The position numbers were made by a program, and so were the translations under genes. The notes under the pieces are model-generated. The model was not told the DNA's origin. It did no database searches and was given only the letters and a program-made list of their open reading frames with translations. Positions 49,943-58,494 of a stretch of DNA of 64,000 bases are shown here, piece by piece (position 1 is the first letter of the stretch; every line of letters starts with the position of its first letter). The stretch spans positions 27,412-91,411 of IMG/VR virus record IMGVR_UViG_3300017951_000010. One strand, written 5' to 3'. This DNA comes from a virus.

Positions 49943-50825
49943 GTTCCCAGCACTCCCCAGATTCAAATTCTGCAACGCTCCATTGGCAGTGGGCAATATT
50001 GTTTGTCCATTGCTTCTTATCACCCCTGTATGGATTGTTGATTTCATCAAGGCTATTACTACTTACATCATAGACCATACTTCCTGTGTCTAGCGCAACA
50101 CTTGGAACTCCGTTGATTACGGCATCTATACCTGTACCGGAGGTGTAAGTTACTGTGCACCATGCGTCCTTGAATAGTTCTTGCACAGGTACAAAATTCT
50201 TTTGGGTAAGATCACAGTCCTGCCATATGACATTAGGCAGGCTCAATATTTCTTGTTTCAGTTTGTTGTGTAGTGTTGTCTTCCTGTACAGCGGATGTGG
50301 TCTCACAATTATAGTTCTATCTGTTTTAGCCCTCAATTCTTTTGCTACATTGTTGGTCCATTGGAAAATATCTAAACCCCGTAGGCTGGCATCTCCTACC
50401 TTTTGCATACACAACAAAACGTAGTCTCCGTCTGCCTTCCACACACACTCCGGATCATATCCGTTTCTCTCAAACACTTTTTTTGACCTATCAGCCGTTA
50501 TGTGTTCAAATCCCCACTTCGCGTCATCCCAAAGGAATCCATTAACTCCTACCCTGAACTCCGAATGGAACGCTGTTGATATGGGCCTGCCAATCAGTTG
50601 TGTTTCCAACTGAACATATGGCATTCCACTTTCTATCACACGACCTTTGCCTTGATGTGCTTTCCTACCTCTGCTTTTCTTATAACTGCCATATATCACG
50701 GCACAGTCATACTTGTGAGCGTTGTCACTGGTGGTAATCTCGCCACCACACCCTTTGGCAAAGGATACCAACACGTTCCTGAATTGGTCATAGTTGGCAG
50801 AATCTTCTATTACAGCAATTCGCAT
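49920..50825 (-). CDS. capsule-synthesis-like GT-B glycosyltransferase paralog
   Basis: CMQKVGD, VRPHP, VTYTSGTGIDAVINGVP, IAHCQW; ATG 50825 lies 5 nt after a minus-strand TAAATA. Confidence 0.65.
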   Translation of the reverse strand: MRIAVIEDSANYDQFRNVLVSFAKGCGGEITTSDNAHKYDCAVIYGSYKKSRGRKAHQGKGRVIESGMPYVQLETQLIGRPISTAFHSEFRVGVNGFLWDDAKWGFEHITADRSKKVFERNGYDPECVWKADGDYVLLCMQKVGDASLRGLDIFQWTNNVAKELRAKTDRTIIVRPHPLYRKTTLHNKLKQEILSLPNVIWQDCDLTQKNFVPVQELFKDAWCTVTYTSGTGIDAVINGVPSVALDTGSMVYDVSSNSLDEINNPYRGDKKQWTNNIAHCQWSVAEFESGECWEHVRKSIR

Positions 50826-50849
50826 GCGGGTATTTACGTAGCGGAGCGA

Positions 50850-50907
50850 AAGCGTAAATTTTACCAAACGTTTTTTCAAAAAATACGCGGAAGCGTAAAA
50901 GCGTAAA
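50850..50907. repeat. three AAGCGTAAA direct repeats flanking a T6-C-A6 dyad
   Basis: Copies at 50850, 50891 and 50899; TTTTTTCAAAAAA at 50871-50883. Confidence 0.6.
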
Positions 50908-50956
50908 GCCGGTCTGACCCGAACGATAATTAACACTTAACAATGGGAGACACAGC

Positions 50957-51127
50957 ATGGGCATACACTACGACTACAAGAGCACCCGAGGTTCCAAGAA
51001 GATGCAGAAGCAACAGGAACGTGAACAGCGCAGGCGATCCAGACGCTCCCGGGGGGAGATCCCCAAACAGAAACAGGACGAGAACAGGCCACTGACACTG
51101 GACATGATCACGGACCCCAACAAATGA
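50957..51127 (+). CDS. small basic protein (56 aa)
   Basis: MGIHYDYKSTRGSKKMQKQQEREQRRRSRR...; SD GGGAGA; ATGA overlap with the next gene. Confidence 0.6.
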   Translation: MGIHYDYKSTRGSKKMQKQQEREQRRRSRRSRGEIPKQKQDENRPLTLDMITDPNK

Positions 51128-52155
51128 TCAATGAGAGATTATTCAATCACTACCGCATAGACACCCGCAAGGACCTACGGATAGGCAACAGTTGCCCCAG
51201 GCCCTTCGACACGGTGCTGATAGACAAGCAGGGATCCTGCTACGCCTGTGAGTGCCAGTCGTGGTTGCCACAGAGCATAGGCAACCTGCAGGTTAGGCCC
51301 CTGGCGGACATACTGGGCAGTGACATGCACAGGCACCTGCAGGGGTCCATAACGGACGGCACCTACAGGTACTGCAACGAGCACCAGTGCTCCTACATAC
51401 GGTCACAGAACGTGTTGCATGGCCAGCCGGATCGCATACGTCACCTGAGGCTGGCCATAGATGACAGTTGCAACCTGCGTTGTCCGAGTTGTAGGAAGGG
51501 CTTGATATTCCACAAGGAGGGCTCCGCGTACGACCTGGGCATACGCCTGGCCGACAGGATCAACGACTGGTTGCATGACTGTGAGGACCCGATGCAGGTG
51601 CACATAGGTTCCGATGGTGACCCGTTCGCGTCGCACGTGTACAGGCACTTCATGGAGCAGACACCACAACGGGACAACATCCGGTACAGCATACTGACCA
51701 ACGGACTGATGTTTCCGGAGTTCCACTCGCGGGTGCCCAACGTGATCGGCAACCTGCAGGAACTGGGAGTCAGCGTGGACGGCGCAACACAGGAGACCTA
51801 CGAGAAGTTGAGGCTCGGGGGCAAGTGGGAAAAGATACTGGAGGGGTTGGAATGCATGGCGGAGCAGAGACAGAAGCACGGCTTCAGGTTCATACTGCAC
51901 TTCGTGGTGCAGAAGGACAACTACCACGAGATGGAGGCCATGATAGACCTGGCGGAGCGGTTCGGGGCCGACCGAGTCTGGCTCAACAAGATCGAGGACT
52001 GGGGCACGACCGATGACTTCCACACACAGGACATCTGGCGGAGCCCGGAGTACCTGCGCAGGCTGGATGGCGTGCGGCAACGCATATGGCGGAGGGGTGA
52101 CCGGTTCATAGAGTGCCCCACGCTGTTGACCGAGAGCGAGAGGGCCCGACCGTGA
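51124..52155 (+). CDS. radical SAM protein with N-terminal twitch/SPASM-like Cys cluster
   Basis: CPRPF...CYACEC...YC...C, CNLRCPSC, GDPF, TNG, SVDG. Confidence 0.88.
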   Translation: MINERLFNHYRIDTRKDLRIGNSCPRPFDTVLIDKQGSCYACECQSWLPQSIGNLQVRPLADILGSDMHRHLQGSITDGTYRYCNEHQCSYIRSQNVLHGQPDRIRHLRLAIDDSCNLRCPSCRKGLIFHKEGSAYDLGIRLADRINDWLHDCEDPMQVHIGSDGDPFASHVYRHFMEQTPQRDNIRYSILTNGLMFPEFHSRVPNVIGNLQELGVSVDGATQETYEKLRLGGKWEKILEGLECMAEQRQKHGFRFILHFVVQKDNYHEMEAMIDLAERFGADRVWLNKIEDWGTTDDFHTQDIWRSPEYLRRLDGVRQRIWRRGDRFIECPTLLTESERARP

Positions 52156-52706
52156 AGTCCTACCACGTGTTGGGGTGCGGCCCACTGGCCGAGATACAGT
52201 CACACACAATGGACTACATCCACAACAGGAGACCGGAGATGCTGGACGAGAGCGACCTCTGGCACAAGGCCGACACGCCGGAGTTCCTGGGTGCGTGTGC
52301 GCCGTTGGTGCGCTGGACACGTGAACTGGGACTGCGGATCAGGGAAGTGGCCTTCACTGTGTCACACAGCGGCACGGTGGTCAACCCGCACATAGACGAG
52401 GCGCCGGTGCTGGCCAAAGTCAACGTGCCCATACTCAACACCCGACACACCTACAACAGGTGGTACGACGTGCCACAACAGGTCATGCAGGACCCCAGGC
52501 ACAGGCGCACCAACAGTTTTGGGAGATCATACCACAGTTTCCAGGGAGTGGCACTGCGGCAGGTGGATGAACTGGAACTGACGTCACCCGCCGTGTTCAA
52601 CTCCGCCCGGGCACACGACATCGCGTTCACCGAGAGGTCCACTTACCCACGAGTGGTGCTGACCTGCATGTTCCACGATGAACCTAAAAAGTTCCTGGAG
52701 GCATGA
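52152..52706 (+). CDS. cupin/2OG-Fe(II) oxygenase-like protein
   Basis: PHID, NVPILN, AHDI, RVVL; GTG start overlapping the previous stop. Confidence 0.55.
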   Translation: MKSYHVLGCGPLAEIQSHTMDYIHNRRPEMLDESDLWHKADTPEFLGACAPLVRWTRELGLRIREVAFTVSHSGTVVNPHIDEAPVLAKVNVPILNTRHTYNRWYDVPQQVMQDPRHRRTNSFGRSYHSFQGVALRQVDELELTSPAVFNSARAHDIAFTERSTYPRVVLTCMFHDEPKKFLEA

Positions 52707-52726
52707 CCGCTCGTAAATATTTCCAA

Positions 52727-53236
52727 ATGAAGATAGCCATCACAGGACACAAGAGAGGCATAGGACGTCAGTTGGACCTACAGCTCACGGCACTGGGACA
52801 CCGGGTGGTGGGCATATCGAGGAGCGATGGGGAGAACATCCGCAGGGTGGCGCACACCGCTACACTGATAGAGGACTGTGACATGTTCATCAACAACGCC
52901 GTGAGTGCCTACGCCCAGACCGAGTTGCTGTTCGAGGTGTGGCACAGGTGGGCAGAGCTCAAGGAGGCGCACCACATCTGGAACATATCCACGAGGCTGT
53001 GCCTGGAGACACAGGACAGGCAGATCAATGGTCTTACCATGCGGGAGAGCATGGAGTACAGGAATCGCAAGATGAGCCTGGAACTGGCACACAGTCAACT
53101 GGCCGCGCAGGCCAGCAACATAAAGATGAAATTAATCAGGCCACCGGGCGTGAGGACCCAGGCGTTCAGTGATCCCAATGGCCTGTCCGCGGAGGAATAC
53201 GTGCATGGACTCCTGGAGGAGCAGGGACTCAAATGA
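52727..53236 (+). CDS. short SDR-like Rossmann protein
   Basis: ITGHKRGIG, FINNA, NIS, YRNRK; ATG lies 7 nt after TAAATA 52714-52719. Confidence 0.7.
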   Translation: MKIAITGHKRGIGRQLDLQLTALGHRVVGISRSDGENIRRVAHTATLIEDCDMFINNAVSAYAQTELLFEVWHRWAELKEAHHIWNISTRLCLETQDRQINGLTMRESMEYRNRKMSLELAHSQLAAQASNIKMKLIRPPGVRTQAFSDPNGLSAEEYVHGLLEEQGLK

Positions 53237-54375
53237 AGCCAAAACAGATACTGATGAACAAGAGCTTCTGTCCGTTGCCCTGGACAGGTTTCATAGTGCA
53301 ACAGAACGGTGACGTCAAGAACTGCGTGTTGGCCAAGAAGACTCTGGGCAACCTGCGTGAACGCACAGTGCAGGAGATAATGTCCGGTGCCGAGAACACC
53401 GAGATAAAGGAACAGATGCTTTCGGACAGCAAACCCTCCAGTTGCGAAGGCTGTCACAGGCTCGAGCAGGGAAAGAGCAACCTCGACATCATAAGCCAGA
53501 GGCTGTACTACATCAAGGAACTGCGAGACGTGGATCCCGAGTTGTACGACCAGTTGTCCAATTTCAATCTGCACACAGTGGACATACGTTGGACCAACCA
53601 ATGCAACCAGGCCTGCGTGTATTGTGGTCCACACAACAGCACACTATGGGAGAAAGAGGTCGGCGCATCTGAAGTCATGTCATTGGAATCAAAAAAGGCA
53701 CTGAGGGATTACATTTTCCAAAACGTCTCACAGTTGAAGAACGTATACCTAGCGGGCGGTGAGCCCACCCTCATGAACGAGAACATCGCGTTCCTCAAAC
53801 TGCTGTTAGAGAGAAACCCAAAGGTGCACCTGCGTGTCAACACCAACCTCAGCAACATCCAGACTAAAGTTGCACGCCTAATAATGCAATTTGAAAACGT
53901 GCATTGGATTGTCAGCGTGGAGTCCACAGGCGACCATTACGATTACATTAGGTATGGCGGCAGTTGGCAGAGGCTGGTGGACAACATCAGTACCGTCAGG
54001 TTGGTACCGGGTCACAAGGTCAGTTTCAACATGCTATACTGCATACTCAACCACAAAGAGATATTCAACTGCATTGACTTCCTGGTGTCAATGGGCTTCC
54101 ATAATAACAGTTTTGTTGTGGGTCCTGTAATTGGACCACGTTGGCTTAACATAAGAAACCTGCCTGCAAAGAAACTGGAATGGTGCAAGAGCGAGTTACA
54201 GCAACGCATAGAAAAAAAGCCTGGCTTCCTGTTAGAGGACGGCCTACGCAATCTCTGGTCATACCTTGACGAGGCGTTTGCACCAGACCTGGATGAGTCA
54301 TTCCGCAGGCTGAGGGAAATAGACCAAAGAAGAGGATTAGATTCAAAAAAAGTGATACCAGAACTTTATGATTAA
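53233..54375 (+). CDS. twitch-domain radical SAM protein
   Basis: FCPLPW, CEGC, CNQACVYC, GGEP, NTN, YIRYG. Confidence 0.9.
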   Translation: MKPKQILMNKSFCPLPWTGFIVQQNGDVKNCVLAKKTLGNLRERTVQEIMSGAENTEIKEQMLSDSKPSSCEGCHRLEQGKSNLDIISQRLYYIKELRDVDPELYDQLSNFNLHTVDIRWTNQCNQACVYCGPHNSTLWEKEVGASEVMSLESKKALRDYIFQNVSQLKNVYLAGGEPTLMNENIAFLKLLLERNPKVHLRVNTNLSNIQTKVARLIMQFENVHWIVSVESTGDHYDYIRYGGSWQRLVDNISTVRLVPGHKVSFNMLYCILNHKEIFNCIDFLVSMGFHNNSFVVGPVIGPRWLNIRNLPAKKLEWCKSELQQRIEKKPGFLLEDGLRNLWSYLDEAFAPDLDESFRRLREIDQRRGLDSKKVIPELYD

Positions 54376-54886
54376 AATAACAAAAATCAGAGACGAATAC
54401 GTCTTCCCAATATTTAAGAATGGCTATACTAGCATCAGAAACCATGCAGACCAGAACAGATGCAGATGGTTTATCAACGAGCAGTGCAGACGGGCAGACA
54501 CCATCACTGTGATAATCAGAGAACCAAGGCAACGTTACATATCTGGGGTGCATACGGTTGTAGAACTTCTGCGCCGTAAACACAAAAACATCGACCACGA
54601 GACAGTTGTGACCCTCATTGAAAATTACAATTTCTCCAACGAACATTTCCAACCACAATGGGCCTGGATGCTTAGGCTGAAAGAATATTTCAGTGGCAAC
54701 ATCAAATTGGAGGGAATGGTACATCTAGACCACTTGACTGGACTACACGACGGTCCCTTCATCCCAGAGATGACCAACGCCCAGAGAAAAATACTAGAGG
54801 CAATGACGCCACCGGATCTATCCAATGACTACAAACTCTACAGACAGATAGGCACAACAGGGAGTATAGCAGATGTATTGTCCTAG
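54368..54886 (+). CDS. sulfotransferase-like protein
   Basis: PIFKNGYTS, IREPRQRYISG, EHFQPQ. Confidence 0.6.
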   Translation: MIKITKIRDEYVFPIFKNGYTSIRNHADQNRCRWFINEQCRRADTITVIIREPRQRYISGVHTVVELLRRKHKNIDHETVVTLIENYNFSNEHFQPQWAWMLRLKEYFSGNIKLEGMVHLDHLTGLHDGPFIPEMTNAQRKILEAMTPPDLSNDYKLYRQIGTTGSIADVLS

Positions 54887-55892
54887 ATTGGACCATTTTG
54901 TGAGGCTAAACGCGGATGGCAGTGTGGGCAGATGTGGACACATGATAAATCCAAAGGGATTCGACACAATCGATCAGTTAGACTCTAGCGAATGGTTGCA
55001 TGGCATCAAAGAAAAGGTCAACAACAACGAATGGCCCAGCGAGTGTGAACGTTGCAAGTTGTCTGAGGAAACCACACGTGAAAGTATCAGGACAAAGAGC
55101 ATAGAGAGACACAAGATACTGCACCCTTTGAACAACAGGTATCTAGTTGTTGGGGGTGTGCTAGACAACGTCTGTAACAGTGCGTGCCAGACCTGTAACT
55201 CAAAGCTCAGCACCAAGATAGGAAGCCTAGAGTCAAAAGATTACCCCAGAGTAGACAACTATGTGAGGTTCTGGGAACTGCCGCAGGATCGGATACTGGA
55301 GGTCGACGTGAACGGTGGTGAGCCTACCGCTAGCAAGAACTACAAAAAGATACTCGCCAAACTTCCACCTAACACCAAAATACTCCGCATGAACACCAAC
55401 GGTTCGCGAATGATACCAGAGCTTTTAGATGTACTGAACAGTGGCATAATGGCCATAGTTACTCTCAGCCTTGACGGCTGTGGAGAAACCCATGACTACG
55501 TAAGATGGCCTATAAAATGGGATGGCTACACAAAGACAGTAAGAAAATATTTAGAGCTGAGGGAAAGATTTCCTTTGCTAAAACTTAACACATGGACCAC
55601 GGTGAGTTGTCTTAACATAAACAATTTGCCAGACATTATCAGGTTCACACAGCAAAATGGTCTAGACCATGCGTGGGCATTCCTCAATGCACCCGACGTG
55701 CTGAATGTGAAATACAGCAACCGGTACACGAAGAGAGCCAAACAGGCTTTTGCAAATTCAGACATTGAACAACTGCAAGAAATATCCAACACTCTGGCAA
55801 CACAAGAAGACAACGAAGAAGCACTGCAAAACTTTGTGCAAAGGCAAGACGCCTTGCGGGGTATATCAATTAAAGATTATAAACTTTCATAA
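54873..55892 (+). CDS. twitch-domain radical SAM protein
   Basis: YCPR, CERC, CNSACQTC, GGEP, NTNG, SLDG, YVRWP. Confidence 0.9.
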   Translation: MYCPRLDHFVRLNADGSVGRCGHMINPKGFDTIDQLDSSEWLHGIKEKVNNNEWPSECERCKLSEETTRESIRTKSIERHKILHPLNNRYLVVGGVLDNVCNSACQTCNSKLSTKIGSLESKDYPRVDNYVRFWELPQDRILEVDVNGGEPTASKNYKKILAKLPPNTKILRMNTNGSRMIPELLDVLNSGIMAIVTLSLDGCGETHDYVRWPIKWDGYTKTVRKYLELRERFPLLKLNTWTTVSCLNINNLPDIIRFTQQNGLDHAWAFLNAPDVLNVKYSNRYTKRAKQAFANSDIEQLQEISNTLATQEDNEEALQNFVQRQDALRGISIKDYKLS

Positions 55893-56952
55893 CCTTTTTG
55901 AGTTCGTCGATCGATGTGGACTTTGGCGCACATATGCCACAGATGCATGTTTTCTGAACACATGTCAAATAGGTGTTAGAATCATTTTCAAGTTTACTCT
56001 TAAGGCTACTGATGTAATCATCCATTGTGTCAGATGTGGCAAGTGCTCCTAACTTACCATCAAGGGTAACCCTGCAATCCTTGTTGGTGTAAAAACTTTT
56101 CGTGTGCGAATCGGCCATCAGGAAAAACTGGTTTGCGGAACAATTGAAACCAACATAACTGTTATTTGGCTGAGGTACAAACTTGGCCGGGTGCTTGAAA
56201 TCTCTGTTGATGCACATCAGTCTCTCTCCACAACATGCTCTGCCTCTACGAATAATTTCCACGTTCTGCATTTTATCTGTCAACTCTTTGCTCAGCCTCG
56301 GCCAGAACTTTCGGAGGTCGTCGAAGTGTTCTTCGGTATAGTTGCCTGTTGGTCCATCGACAAGTTTTGGTTGAATGTTGTAACCTTTCTTCTGCATGAA
56401 CTTCAACATGTACACGCACTCCTGCCAGTTTTTGGGATACATGACAACTATTCCACCATACCGTTTTCCAGATTTATGGGTAACTTCAAGATTACGCAAA
56501 AAATTTTCTTTCAACTTGCCTGGCCCTTCTGTGTGATAACTGAACTGGACATATTCTAAATGTTTTACGACTTCTTTCCATTTGTCTTCTTTGCAAGATG
56601 CGTTTGTTGTCAGTAAACGTGTCAATGACCATTTGTGTGAATACTTTTTGTAAAGTTCTGAACTTTCTTTCAACAAATAAACTATGTCGGGATGATACAA
56701 GGCCTCGCCACCATAAATGTTCAAAGTGGCCGATCTTAATCGTGGCTTCTTCACGTCCATCACCGTGTCTATGTAGCTCATGGCCTGTCCCAGCATCGTG
56801 AGGCAGAGTTCCTTGTCGGGGTGAGCCTGTCTGTTATCGTGTCCACCACAATACGTGCAATCGTAATTACACTTCATGGTTACTCGCCAATCACAAAGGA
56901 AACCCATTTTGTGTTTTGGTGATGCGTAAGGTTCTAGTGTTTTGATCTGCAT
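55870..56952 (-). CDS. radical SAM protein with Cys-rich C-terminus
   Basis: CNYDCTYC, GGEA, TTN, SYH, CVQKTCICGIC. Confidence 0.88.
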   Translation of the reverse strand: MQIKTLEPYASPKHKMGFLCDWRVTMKCNYDCTYCGGHDNRQAHPDKELCLTMLGQAMSYIDTVMDVKKPRLRSATLNIYGGEALYHPDIVYLLKESSELYKKYSHKWSLTRLLTTNASCKEDKWKEVVKHLEYVQFSYHTEGPGKLKENFLRNLEVTHKSGKRYGGIVVMYPKNWQECVYMLKFMQKKGYNIQPKLVDGPTGNYTEEHFDDLRKFWPRLSKELTDKMQNVEIIRRGRACCGERLMCINRDFKHPAKFVPQPNNSYVGFNCSANQFFLMADSHTKSFYTNKDCRVTLDGKLGALATSDTMDDYISSLKSKLENDSNTYLTCVQKTCICGICAPKSTSIDELKKVMKVYNL

Positions 56953-56959
56953 GTCGTAA

Positions 56960-57679
56960 TTATTTCAACTTATTACCAAATTTTTCAATAAAGAGTTTTG
57001 CGAACCTTTCGTGATGTTCGACACCGTAGTGTAGGCCATCGTTCGCGAGACTTGGTTCATTGGTCAGTTTGCGTTGTTGAAACTTGTCCCAGTAGGGCCA
57101 ACAGTTCTTGATGGTGTAATGTTCTAGAACATTCAGGCCTTTAATGTGTTCATGATAAGAGTCCTGTGCAAAACAATGAAAAGTTTTACATTGATTCTTT
57201 TCGGCAAACTTCTCAACAAAAAATACATTTTTAAGAAAATTGTTTTTATCAGTGTGCTCGTTCTCATGTTTGAGTTCCTCGTCATAACTCATCTGACTCT
57301 GGGCGTAGGTATGCAACTTTTCTCTACGACTCCAGAAAGGCCAACACACAATTATTATCCTAGGATCTAATAGTTTTTCACAACCATACAATATCCTTAC
57401 CAACTTGTCGGCACTAGCACCAGGCTGTCCAAGATTCCAGTATCTCAGTCTTTCAGTGTTGTGTTGTGATAGGAAGTGTACCCAGTGTTCGTTGTCAGCG
57501 TTGCCTTGTCCAAATGTATGACTACATCCTAGCACCACTACGTTCTTCTTACCGGAAGGCATCGGCTCCCATTCAGGACACCTGTATCCGTGAGAGTTTA
57601 CTTTGTAGTCCTTCAATGGAGATTTATCCAACGCTACGCTAACTGGCAGTTCTCTATCACCGTAATATCCAAACTTCAT
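56960..57679 (-). CDS. SGNH-like protein
   Basis: NSHGYR, LGCSHTFG, NLGQPGAS, DGLHYG. Confidence 0.65.
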   Translation of the reverse strand: MKFGYYGDRELPVSVALDKSPLKDYKVNSHGYRCPEWEPMPSGKKNVVVLGCSHTFGQGNADNEHWVHFLSQHNTERLRYWNLGQPGASADKLVRILYGCEKLLDPRIIIVCWPFWSRREKLHTYAQSQMSYDEELKHENEHTDKNNFLKNVFFVEKFAEKNQCKTFHCFAQDSYHEHIKGLNVLEHYTIKNCWPYWDKFQQRKLTNEPSLANDGLHYGVEHHERFAKLFIEKFGNKLK

Positions 57680-57981
57680 TATGTGCTTCCTTTCGACAGC
57701 ATCATCTGTTGTTTGATCTTCATGCTGATGTACAGTTCCATGAACCCCATCCTGCCCTTTCGCCCGAACATGTCGGGATACTTCAGTTTGCCCACCATCA
57801 GGTGTTTCTCTTCCGCGTAGCAGTCCAACACGTTGGTTTTCTTGCGATACACAAATTTCAGTGCCTTGCGTTCGGCAAGATATCCCATCAAAGGAGACTC
57901 TTTCCTTAGAAGGTGCTTGGCCACATATGGTGGCACCTGTTGCATGTTTTCTTTGAGCTTGATCGAATAAAAGCGTTTCAC
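57679..57981 (-). CDS. hypothetical protein
   Basis: GTG start 5 nt after TAATTA box 57987-57992. Confidence 0.5.
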   Translation of the reverse strand: MKRFYSIKLKENMQQVPPYVAKHLLRKESPLMGYLAERKALKFVYRKKTNVLDCYAEEKHLMVGKLKYPDMFGRKGRMGFMELYISMKIKQQMMLSKGST

Positions 57982-58001
57982 ACAGTTAATTATTGTGCAA
58001 T

Positions 58002-58078
58002 TGGTGGACCGGAAAGGATTCGAACCTATGGCCTTGAGTTCCGCAAACTCACGCTCTATCCAACTGAGCTACCGGTCC
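58002..58078 (-). tRNA. tRNA-Arg(GCG)
   Basis: GGACCGG acceptor, A20 in the D-loop, anticodon arm TGAGT-TT GCG GA-ACTCA, TTCGAAT, encoded CCA; one U-U mismatch in the T-stem. Confidence 0.88.
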
Positions 58079-58083
58079 ATTAA

Positions 58084-58160
58084 TGGCCTCCGGGGAGGGA
58101 TTCGAACCCCCGACCCCAAGTTTAGGAAACTCGTATTCTATCCAACTGAACTACCCGGAG
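58084..58160 (-). tRNA. tRNA-Arg(CCU)
   Basis: CTCCGGG/CCCGGAG acceptor, A20, loop TT CCT AA, encoded CCA. Confidence 0.92.
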
Positions 58161-58168
58161 GTCTCGTG

Positions 58169-58242
58169 TGGTGGAGGATAGGAGAGTCGAACTCCTGACT
58201 CATCCATGCCATGGATGCGTGATCCCACTTCACCAATCCCCC
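58169..58242 (-). tRNA. tRNA-Ala(GGC)
   Basis: G3:U70 pair, loop AT GGC AT (A32-U38), TTCGACT, encoded CCA. Confidence 0.92.
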
Positions 58243-58314
58243 AAAATGACCAATCACATGCGCGACCAATGACTTTTTTGGTGTATATGGTAATTCTGGC
58301 ATAATTGGTTCAAA

Positions 58315-58390
58315 TGGTGCCGCTTCACGGATTCGAACCGCGGACCTACTGATTACAAATCAGTTGCTCTACCAACTGAGCTAAAGCGGC
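58315..58390 (-). tRNA. tRNA-Thr(UGU)
   Basis: GCCGCTT acceptor, loop TT TGT AA, TTCGAAT, encoded CCA. Confidence 0.95.
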
Positions 58391-58402
58391 ATCACATGTA
58401 AT

Positions 58403-58431
58403 ATAGTACACTATAAACACGCAATAGTCTA
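58403..58431 (-). promoter_or_regulatory. sigma70-type promoter for the tRNA cluster
   Basis: Minus strand TAGACT, 17-nt spacer, TACTAT, ending 12 nt before tRNA-Thr. Confidence 0.55.
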
Positions 58432-58494
58432 CCTGTTAAACGCACACAGAAGCACGTACACGCATGGTAAAGCCACACATGGACTACTTGTCTA

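Noticed and set aside
51403-52320. 305-aa antisense ORF and other long shadow ORFs (e.g. 8273-8809, 25419-25964, 34250-34834)
   Set aside because: They lie opposite well-supported genes, have no motifs, and are expected from codon bias, especially in the GC-rich stretch
57995-58198. 67-aa ORF on the plus strand
   Set aside because: Antisense translation of the tRNA genes
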